A stretch of 64,000 bases of DNA from contig JBAVQU010000021.1 of assembly GCA_049694315.1 (NCBI GenBank), forward strand, positions 20,372 to 84,371, given 5' to 3'. Position numbers and translations under genes: made by a program. Origin of the DNA: Candidatus Zixiibacteriota bacterium (GTDB taxonomy: Bacteria; Zixibacteria; MSB-5A5; SM1-73). Every line of letters begins with the position of its first letter. The stretch's first letter is position 1. The notes under the pieces were generated by a model, which did not search any database, was not told where the DNA came from, and saw nothing but the letters and a program-made list of their open reading frames with translations. Positions 56,906 through 64,000 of this stretch are shown here, one piece after another.

Positions 56906-59080
56906 CTATCGAATGGAGAGTTCCTTCAACAGGCTGTCCGCGTGATACACCTTGTCCAACAGAAAAAGAACGTACCGGATATCGACGTTTAGTGAACGAG
57001 TGAGTTCAGGCTCGAAGAGATAATCCGAGCTTACGCTCTCGTAATTCCCGTCGAAAGCCAGACCGACCAATTCCCCTCTGCCATTCATCACCGGACTTCC
57101 CGAATTACCGTTGGTGATGTCGTTGGTCGAAAGAAAGTCAACCGGAACGTCTCCTATTTGGATATCCAGATACTTACCGAAATCCTTGGTCAGATACACG
57201 TTCTTAATCTCTTGAGGCGCATCAAAAGGCTCTTCGCCCGTGTTTTTTTCCAAGACCCCACTGAGCGTGGTTACATACTTGTAAGTCACTGCGTCCCGAG
57301 GAACATATCCCCTCACTTTCCCATAGTTGAAACGAATGGTCCCGTTGGCGTCTGGGTAGAGATCTTTTCCCCTCCATGCTGCGTAAGCCTCAATCAATTT
57401 CGGCTCCAACCTGGTGAGTGCACCGGAGAACTCTTTATCCTTATTCCTCAGATCTTCTCTCTCCGCTTCCAGTTGTTTGGCAAAAACGATGAAAGAGTCA
57501 CCGTCCTTTTCCAGCTCACGCCTGCTCATGCCAAACATCTTCAGTCTCTCTTCCTTCGATCCGAGTTTGGTTTTCTGATACAGATCGTCTGTGAACCCAG
57601 CCAGGATTTTGTCCGCACTTCGGCCCTCCGTTCCTTTCAGAACCGTCTCCACGGCCACAATCTTCTGATTGGAAGGGAGCTGAGTTGCTTTCTTCAAAAA
57701 GTAGATCAAAATCTGCTTGTCGACTGAGGGTACTAAGCTGATCTGGGCATCCTGCAGCCATCTTCGGGTATCCGCGGTATCACGGTCCTGATAACCCAGC
57801 TCTCGGTTTTCATCTTTCTTCTCCCTCTCTAAGCTCCATTTGTATAGCGTGGACGCGAAGCTCAAGAAATTACATTCTGAGCTCATCCAGCTCAAAACGA
57901 AGCTCTTGTCCTGAAATTTCAGGTATGCATTGAACAGACTGTCAAGCCCGGTCAGAACGTCTCCATACCTTTTCTCAAGCTTGGGATTTCCGCTTAGGAA
58001 CTCACTTAGCGCTCTCTCCTGTTGCATCTTGTTCTCCAGAATCCTGGCCCGCTTGAACCCCTCCAACACACCCTGATATTTCTTGAAATAGTTGTTCAGG
58101 CCTTTGATCCTGGAGGATAGTTTAATGGCGACGGACGAATCCGCTGCTGATGCTTCCTCCAAAATGGAGATCAGCTCACGGCGGGTTTGAATCTCCAACG
58201 GATAATCATGCTTCACGGTCTTATCCACGGAGAAAGAGCTTTCATAGCGTCTGGTTATCCTGGGAAAACCCATCACCATGACGAAATCCCCCTCTTTTAT
58301 TCCGGCAGAAGAAATCTTAAGATAGGTTCTCGATTTATAGGGCACGTTTTTTTTGGAGTACTGGGCGGATTTGCCGTTCGGAGCCACGTAAGCCCGAAGG
58401 AAAGAAAAATCGCCGGCGTGCCGGGGCCACATCCAGTTGTCTATTTCCCCGCCGTAATCTCCGATGCTTCGGGGCGGAGCGTACACCAGCCTGACGTCTC
58501 TGATCCTGAAATAGGTATAAAGATAGTATTTGTTCCCTCCGTAGGTGCTGACCAATTCACACTTCACGTCTCTTTTCCTCTCCGCCTCCCGGATGATCTT
58601 CTTCGAGATCTTCTCCATGGCTTGATTCCTTTCCAGGTCACTCATCCTCCCCTCCAACGCACCCAAAACTCTGGAGGTCACGTCCTCGAAGGCTTGGGTA
58701 ACGTCAACGTAGTACCCAATCGCCGGTAATTCCTCTTCTCTGGTTGGGGCAAAGAATCCCTCTTGCAGATAGTTGTGTTCTAAGGTGCTTTGTCTCTGCA
58801 CGGCACTGAACGCCACGTGGTGATTGGTTATGATAAGCCCTTGGGAGGACACAAAAGAGCCTGAGGAGCCGTTCACCTTTGCCACCGCATCCGCGATCCC
58901 TGCACCCTTGGGATTGTAAATCTCTGCTGGGTTCAGTTTCAATCCCCAGGCTTTGAGACTGTCGATTGGCAGTTGATCGATGGAATCCAAAAGCCACATC
59001 CCCTCATCGGCTGAGGTGGTCAGGGATAGGAAGAGCAAGAAAAATGCGATCAACCAAGCTTTAAACACATCCTTTGGCAT
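56906..59080 (-). CDS. Peptidase S46 family (dipeptidyl-peptidase 7/11-like) secreted serine peptidase
   Basis: Has a signal peptide (MPKDVFKAWLIAFFLLFLSLTTSA), then DEGMWLLDSI, which is characteristic of S46. It also has a catalytic His region (LIITNHHV) and is about 720 aa. Confidence 0.7.
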   Translation of the reverse strand: MPKDVFKAWLIAFFLLFLSLTTSADEGMWLLDSIDQLPIDSLKAWGLKLNPAEIYNPKGAGIADAVAKVNGSSGSFVSSQGLIITNHHVAFSAVQRQSTLEHNYLQEGFFAPTREEELPAIGYYVDVTQAFEDVTSRVLGALEGRMSDLERNQAMEKISKKIIREAERKRDVKCELVSTYGGNKYYLYTYFRIRDVRLVYAPPRSIGDYGGEIDNWMWPRHAGDFSFLRAYVAPNGKSAQYSKKNVPYKSRTYLKISSAGIKEGDFVMVMGFPRITRRYESSFSVDKTVKHDYPLEIQTRRELISILEEASAADSSVAIKLSSRIKGLNNYFKKYQGVLEGFKRARILENKMQQERALSEFLSGNPKLEKRYGDVLTGLDSLFNAYLKFQDKSFVLSWMSSECNFLSFASTLYKWSLEREKKDENRELGYQDRDTADTRRWLQDAQISLVPSVDKQILIYFLKKATQLPSNQKIVAVETVLKGTEGRSADKILAGFTDDLYQKTKLGSKEERLKMFGMSRRELEKDGDSFIVFAKQLEAEREDLRNKDKEFSGALTRLEPKLIEAYAAWRGKDLYPDANGTIRFNYGKVRGYVPRDAVTYKYVTTLSGVLEKNTGEEPFDAPQEIKNVYLTKDFGKYLDIQIGDVPVDFLSTNDITNGNSGSPVMNGRGELVGLAFDGNYESVSSDYLFEPELTRSLNVDIRYVLFLLDKVYHADSLLKELSIR

Positions 59081-59206
59081 ATCGTTTCTCCTTTTGGCAA
59101 CTAATCTTGAAGATACCGATTTTGGGTGGAAGAAACAAGGATGAATCTGTCGAGCGGAAGCTCTTTGAAAAGAAGCGAAACCTCCAGTCAATTCCGGGGA
59201 TTACTT

Positions 59207-60319
59207 TCATCCAAGCGAGGTCATTGCGACCTCACTGAGGAAGTGCCACCTGCAGTCTTTGAGCGGGCAATCATTTTGCTGAAGATGTCTTACCACTTGC
59301 CGATGCTTGGCGCCGAGCCACAGCCTCTCTGCTGACGACCTGAAGATATTGCCAAAAGAAAGAGCCTCCGGGTGCTGGGCCGCATGAGGACAAGAATAGA
59401 CTTCCCCTGACGGCTCTATCACCAACTGGACTGAAGAAAGCCGACACCCGCGTTCCTGCTCCCCACATTCCGTCTTCGAATACACCGGGAAAGGATGATA
59501 ACCTCTCTTCAGATCTTTTATTAGTTTCTCCGATCCCTTCATCTGTTCCGAAAGAACGTGATCTGAGGCGAATCGGTTGACCGAAAACTGGACGTAGTCC
59601 AAGCCCATATCCTTCACCAGGGCTACTATTTCCTCCAGGAAATTGAGGTTGGATTGACACAACCGCACTTTGGCCCCCACCACCAAATTCGACTTCCGCT
59701 TTGCTCTCTCCGAGACTATCCGGTCCAGATTATCCAAGACTCTTCGGAATTCCGTCGGGTTGGTAGGGTGATGAATTCTGCGATAGACCGCGTCATTGCT
59801 GGCATCCAAATTCACTCTCAAGAAGGAAAACCCGTCTACCAATAGCCGGATCATGGGTTCATTGAGACCGGCAGCATTGGTCGCAAGGCCCAGCCTGAAA
59901 CTGTCCCTCAGGCACATGCCTGCCAATCTCTCCAGGTCCGGATGGAGAGTAGGCTCCCCTCCCCCTGAAAAATCTATGTATCTGATCTGGAGAAAGTGCA
60001 GGCTTTCAAGAAGTCTGGCGAAGTTGGCCGGATTCATGAGACTACGGGTGTTTCTTGGCTTACCGCCGCAGTTGCATCCGGGGCAGTTGTGCTCACAGGA
60101 CAAAGAAAGACACACCCGGGCGTAAGCGGGAGACGGAACTGCGCCTTCCAATGTCGTCTCCATTATCGGCACGATCTCTTTTATCAACGCCTGTTCAAAA
60201 GGAGAGGTGCCCATCCTCTGAAGCGAAGCCGGGATGTTGACTGCTGGCAGAAACGAAGCTGTCTGCCTTAGTCTTGCTTTCTTCTCGTCCTCGATTTCCA
60301 GATAGTCTTCGATTTTCAA
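59207..60319 (-). CDS. Radical SAM protein with a C-terminal SPASM/twitch-like Cys-rich domain
   Basis: Has the cluster motif CEHNCPGCNC (CxxxCxxC) and the glycine-rich SAM motif FSGGGEPTL. Additional C-terminal Cys residues (CRLSS...YSCPH...DCPLKDCRWH) are present. Confidence 0.65.
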   Translation of the reverse strand: MKIEDYLEIEDEKKARLRQTASFLPAVNIPASLQRMGTSPFEQALIKEIVPIMETTLEGAVPSPAYARVCLSLSCEHNCPGCNCGGKPRNTRSLMNPANFARLLESLHFLQIRYIDFSGGGEPTLHPDLERLAGMCLRDSFRLGLATNAAGLNEPMIRLLVDGFSFLRVNLDASNDAVYRRIHHPTNPTEFRRVLDNLDRIVSERAKRKSNLVVGAKVRLCQSNLNFLEEIVALVKDMGLDYVQFSVNRFASDHVLSEQMKGSEKLIKDLKRGYHPFPVYSKTECGEQERGCRLSSVQLVIEPSGEVYSCPHAAQHPEALSFGNIFRSSAERLWLGAKHRQVVRHLQQNDCPLKDCRWHFLSEVAMTSLG

Positions 60320-60470
60320 GAAGTACCTCGGGTTCGTCCGTGGACCATCTTCGACAGGGGAAGGGGCTTTCAGGGGTACAGCTCAGACTTTGAATGAAGG
60401 TGGTGGGTCATGGAAGGAATTTGGCATGGATCCGCAGGTAGGCTTTCCTGTATACTGGACGGCGAATTCA

Positions 60471-60944
60471 TCAGACCGAGGCCTTCTGGCCCAGATGTTT
60501 GCGTCGCAGTCGCTTTCTGAACTCGTCCATCAAGTAGTGCTTTGTGGTATAAGGGCTGTTGGACATGACTGCTTGCTTAGCCAGTCTCCTCTTGGGATTT
60601 ACCACCAGCGGACCCAAAAGGTCGGCAGAAGCCAAAGATGGGTCTTGAGGAACCGTGACTATGGCATACGTGACCAGATCGCTGTAGCTGGCATAGTTCA
60701 GCTCTTCTATCTCCTTCTCGTGTATCTCCAGCTTGAAGTTCGGAAAGAACTGTACCGGATCGATGATCACGAAGGCTACATTCGGATCCTCCAGCGATTG
60801 GAGCCACTTAAATGGGGCGGACTCCTTTTGCTCCAAAATGGCATATCGGGTGAGCTGTGAGAAACCCAGGACCCCCTTGGGGAAGTCTATCACTTCACTT
60901 TCCTTGAGATCAATCTCTCCAAACCGGGTGGTTAAGTATTTCAT
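60471..60944 (-). CDS. fliW: Flagellar assembly factor FliW
   Basis: Reads MKYLTTRFGEIDLKESEVIDFPKGVLGFSQLTRYAIL, the DUF180/FliW signature. It is adjacent to csrA. Confidence 0.75.
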   Translation of the reverse strand: MKYLTTRFGEIDLKESEVIDFPKGVLGFSQLTRYAILEQKESAPFKWLQSLEDPNVAFVIIDPVQFFPNFKLEIHEKEIEELNYASYSDLVTYAIVTVPQDPSLASADLLGPLVVNPKRRLAKQAVMSNSPYTTKHYLMDEFRKRLRRKHLGQKASV

Positions 60945-61361
60945 GAACTCCCCCTGGCGGCGTCAAGCTTCAGGAATAGGCTCAACTTAAGAATCCAATC
61001 GAATTCCATTTCGGGCTTTTGCCCTCTGGTTTTGTAAAATAAGCCGGAAGAAATGCCATTTCAGGACAGCTGCTCTTCTTGAACGTCGCATTGTCAGATC
61101 GTTCCCCGTTCTGAAGGAACTCGGCACCGGCAAAAAAACTTAGGGCTGATCATCCTATGGTAATGTTTTCCTGGTTCAATTGTCGTCGGAGTAGACGAAG
61201 CTCGAATCGGAAGACCTCTCGTCCCGTTTGCTCTTCTTGGATGAGCCTGATCTCTTGAAGGAAAGGTCCCGAGTTTGATCCTGCCACCATCTTCTGTATT
61301 TCTCTACTTTGTGATTCAAGTTTTCGGGTCGATCTTTGTCTTTTGACTTAAAGAACATTTC

Positions 61362-61697
61362 CTACCCCCTTGCTCTCCCTTTGCTGCGTCTGGGCATGCT
61401 CTTGTTGGTTTCCGGCTTATTGACGTTAGGAAAGCCGGAGACGGAAGCTTCGTCAGGCGGCTCCTCCTGATTTTCCTTGACTATGCCAACGATCTTGGAA
61501 ACCTCCCCCATGGCGCTGGCCGCAGCCTTTTTGTTTTCCTCTTGGATTTTGAAATATATTTCCTCTCTATGAATGGTTACCTTTTGCGGCGCAATTATCC
61601 CTAACCGTACCTGGCGACCTCGCACCCCCAGGATGGTGATCTTGATTTCGTCTCCGATGGTGACGCTTTCCCCCAGCTTCCGTGTCAATATGAGCAT
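61362..61697 (-). CDS. csrA: Carbon storage regulator CsrA, with an unusually long C-terminal tail making it 111 aa
   Basis: Reads [48 protein letters not shown], the canonical CsrA fold. It is followed by a ~55-aa low-complexity extension. Confidence 0.8.
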   Translation of the reverse strand: MLILTRKLGESVTIGDEIKITILGVRGRQVRLGIIAPQKVTIHREEIYFKIQEENKKAAASAMGEVSKIVGIVKENQEEPPDEASVSGFPNVNKPETNKSMPRRSKGRARG

Positions 61698-61826
61698 AGC
61701 CCCCTCATTTTGGGCTACGGAGATCCTAGCCCTTCCTGCCGCATTTTGTCGTCAAGAAAAATCGTGATGTACTATATGCATCGGTATGAAATCCGATGGC
61801 CTTAACTTGGCCTAGCCGGTTTTTGA

Positions 61827-62243
61827 TCAGGATATCAGTTTATTGTTGGCCGACACCGACTTCAGTTTCTTGATGATGTATAAGACTCTCTGGCTCTCTG
61901 CCAAGACCATCTCCAGCGAGCGCTCGACTCTTTCCACCAATTCCCGGTTTCTTTCCAGCTCTATTTCTCCGTGGCGAGAAAGCCGGTAAAGCCTTCCCAC
62001 CTCCATCTTCACTAGGCGGATGATCCGGCTTATGTCTGAGGTGGTGCGGCCGGCCTGATCAATCAGATTCAGTATGTCGTCATAGACTCGGGTCGGAATG
62101 TTGCCCGCTTCCTTGGCCTGCGATGCCACCAGGGCCAGATTGGAGGCCATAGTCTGCGCCTGGGTAGCCAGTTGATCCAGTGACTTTAACACGTCTGAAG
62201 CTTTTTCAATCTCCTGTGATTTGATCATATCTTCCCTCGGCAC
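61827..62243 (-). CDS. Hypothetical coiled-coil protein of 138 aa in a flagellar gene context, possibly a flagellar chaperone or regulator
   Basis: The ORF lies between csrA and a receiver-domain gene; it has no diagnostic motif. Confidence 0.3.
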   Translation of the reverse strand: MPREDMIKSQEIEKASDVLKSLDQLATQAQTMASNLALVASQAKEAGNIPTRVYDDILNLIDQAGRTTSDISRIIRLVKMEVGRLYRLSRHGEIELERNRELVERVERSLEMVLAESQRVLYIIKKLKSVSANNKLIS

Positions 62244-62300
62244 ATAGCCATTTTAAGGCCCAGCGTCCTTGAAGCCACCCAACCCGGGATTGAGCCTAAT

Positions 62301-62726
62301 TTAAAACCTGATCAACTCCTTTATCTTCGCCTTAAGCTCGTCTAAGTTGGACGACTTCACCAGGTAAGCGTCTGCCAGCCAGGACTGAAAGTCGCTCTTG
62401 TAAGTAGAATAGGCCGAATTAAGGATGATGGGAGTGTCCTGGTTCTTCCTTCTCAAGTCTCCCAGCACGTCCAAACCGTTTCGGTCCTGGAGCTTGATGT
62501 CTAAGACCACCAAATCCGGGGGTTGGGTCTCAGCCATAGCCAGAGCTTCTTCCCCCCCGGTGGCGGTTCTCACCTGATATCCTTCTTCGGACAACTCCTT
62601 CTGGTAGAGCCTCCGGATGTGGTCTTCATCGTCCACCACCAATATGTTTGCTTGGCGGGTTGATCCGGATCCGCTGGCAGCGGTCGTGATGGGGAGTGTC
62701 GCAGATCGGTGGTTGGCTGGTTTCAT
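62301..62726 (-). CDS. Stand-alone response regulator receiver domain (CheY-like)
   Basis: Reads ILVVDDEDHIRRLYQKEL...DLVVLDIKLQDRNGLDVL...PIILNSA, with the receiver Asp pocket residues. Confidence 0.75.
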   Translation of the reverse strand: MKPANHRSATLPITTAASGSGSTRQANILVVDDEDHIRRLYQKELSEEGYQVRTATGGEEALAMAETQPPDLVVLDIKLQDRNGLDVLGDLRRKNQDTPIILNSAYSTYKSDFQSWLADAYLVKSSNLDELKAKIKELIRF

Positions 62727-62779
62727 CTGATCGCCTCCTTCCTGTCGGGAAATCCTCTTCTTGCGTCTCGGCCTTCGAC

Positions 62780-63979
62780 TCAGGACCGGACTGGTTCCCC
62801 GGGTTTAGTATCTTCAGCCACGGGAAGCTCAACGTAGAAAGTCGCCCCCTTACCTTCCACGCTGTCCACGCCGATTTTTCCCCCGTGGTTCTTGATGATC
62901 TCCGAGCTTACGGTCAATCCTAACCCACAAGCGTCCGGTTTAGTGGTGAAGAAAGCTTCAAAGATGCTGTCCCGGTGCTCCGGCGAAATGCCGAATCCGG
63001 TATCCTTGATCTCAATCTTCGCTAGTTTCTCTTTCTGTCTGGTGCTTACCGAGAGTATCCCTCCCCGGGGCATGGCCCAGATGGCGTTCCGGAAGATGTT
63101 CAAAAGAGCCTGCCGGATCAGGTCTGGATTGGCCATGACCGACGATAGGTCAGGTGAAGGATTCTTGATTACCGAAATCCTGGTGGAATCTATCTCCGAT
63201 TCCATCATGTCCAGGGTTTGTTCCACCAGCTCATTTAGATTGATCCTTTCTAAGTTGGACTGGTCCGTCTTCGAGAAGTTGAGCACGTTGTTCAGTACGT
63301 TTTCCATTCTTTCGGTTTCTTTGGCTATGATCTTTATGTATTCATAGTCCGGATTGCCGGCATCCATCTTCTTTAAGATGGAATGGGCGAACCCTCCGAT
63401 GACGGTCATGGGATTTCGCAACTCGTGCGCCACCTGGGAGGTAATCTGCCCCAACACCAGGAGCTTTTCTATCTTCACCAGCCTCTGGGTGTTCTCCGCT
63501 ATCTTCTTGTTGGCCTCGGCCAGCTTCCTCACCTTCTCCTCCAAGTTCTGGTAAAGCTGGGAGCTTTCCAAGGCTGCAGACGCATGATGGGCGCAGATGG
63601 AAAGCAGCTTGACGTCCTCGTCCTCGATGTGCCTCCGGGTGATCAAGTTGTCGGCCACCAGCACCCCCAGGACTTTGTCCTTGGATATCAGCGGGGTCAC
63701 CGCGAATTGGTCCGTCTGCAGCAGATCAAACAACTTCTGGTCCTCTCCCTCTCCCCTGGTAAGATTGAAGGCTCTTTTGCTCGACATGGACCTAACCAGC
63801 GGATTATCTCGATCAGAGAGCGAAACTTTGAGTTTGGTCACAATCCGGTTTACTAAAATGTCCCGCTCACTCAATGCGTCTTTATAGGATTGAAGCACCT
63901 CCTCTAAGGATTGCTCCCGGATGGAGAGAGAATCCCAGATTCTCTTGGCCTCCTCCGGGTTGGAAGGTCCGATGGCCAT
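62780..63979 (-). CDS. Sensor histidine kinase with GAF-like, HisKA and HATPase_c domains; the N-terminus may extend beyond the window end
   Basis: Has the H box (VAHELRNPMTVIGGFAHSI), the N box (LLNIFRNAIWAM) and the G boxes (DTGFGISPEH, GLGLTVS). An open reading frame continues upstream to position 64000 without a stop. Confidence 0.75.
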   Translation of the reverse strand: MAIGPSNPEEAKRIWDSLSIREQSLEEVLQSYKDALSERDILVNRIVTKLKVSLSDRDNPLVRSMSSKRAFNLTRGEGEDQKLFDLLQTDQFAVTPLISKDKVLGVLVADNLITRRHIEDEDVKLLSICAHHASAALESSQLYQNLEEKVRKLAEANKKIAENTQRLVKIEKLLVLGQITSQVAHELRNPMTVIGGFAHSILKKMDAGNPDYEYIKIIAKETERMENVLNNVLNFSKTDQSNLERINLNELVEQTLDMMESEIDSTRISVIKNPSPDLSSVMANPDLIRQALLNIFRNAIWAMPRGGILSVSTRQKEKLAKIEIKDTGFGISPEHRDSIFEAFFTTKPDACGLGLTVSSEIIKNHGGKIGVDSVEGKGATFYVELPVAEDTKPGEPVRS

Positions 63980-64000
63980 CTTCCCCTCAAGCGCACTGCC

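Noticed and set aside
1-64000. CRISPR arrays, rRNA genes, IS transposases, phage integrases
   Set aside because: No direct-repeat/spacer periodicity, no rRNA signature blocks and no DDE or tyrosine-recombinase ORFs were seen on either strand.

Overview
This is a 64-kb bacterial chromosomal segment of roughly 50% GC, densely coding and transcribed mostly on the minus strand. The gene content points to a diderm bacterium of uncertain phylum. Supporting this are an LPS-core cluster (two GT9 heptosyltransferases, GT2, GT4 and an O-antigen-ligase-like gene) and ccmABCD. Firmicute-like synteny blocks are also present: xseA-xseB-ispA-dxs-nadK-recN, rny-ymdB, thrS-infC-rpmI-rplT-pheS-pheT and fliW-csrA. 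The window opens inside a truncated rel/spoT gene. After the LPS cluster come a frameshifted cysteine-desulfurase-like gene, lepB, ccmABCD with a tiny ccmD-like ORF, and an LtaS/sulfatase-family protein plus a GT4. A repeat-rich accessory island at about 17.4-21.3 kb follows, then surE, tRNA-Pro, gpsA-plsY, a GT-C-like membrane glycosyltransferase and der. Next come a frameshifted M1-peptidase/beta-helix/dockerin-like protein of about 1000 aa, a PDZ-radical-SAM gene, pgsA, the recN..xseA block, a Cas4-like nuclease paired with a Rel-ZFD/wHTH protein, folD, ymdB-rny and zapA. The window closes with the pheST/rplT/rpmI/infC/thrS block, tRNA-Val with an adjacent pseudo-tRNA half, an S46 peptidase, a radical-SAM/SPASM gene, fliW-csrA and a receiver/GAF-histidine-kinase pair. 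The most unusual part is the island at 17.4-21.3 kb. It holds tandem TTCAARR heptamers, two tandem ~100-bp units that each encode a ~20-aa hydrophobic peptide, GC-rich palindromic elements, a 45-bp hairpin repeat delimiting two small membrane-protein ORFs like cassettes, an ICMT-like methyltransferase and brnTA. I also flag two single-base frameshifts in 7-nt homopolymers, a partial 5' gene duplication, a MITE-like inverted-repeat structure, a stand-alone Rel zinc-finger-domain/wHTH fusion next to a Cas4-like nuclease, and a probable non-AUG start for infC. I recognise no complete, previously characterised defence or biosynthetic system, so the findings below are candidates for follow-up rather than established systems. 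All calls rest on reading the sequence and ORF translations by eye; no database searches were run.
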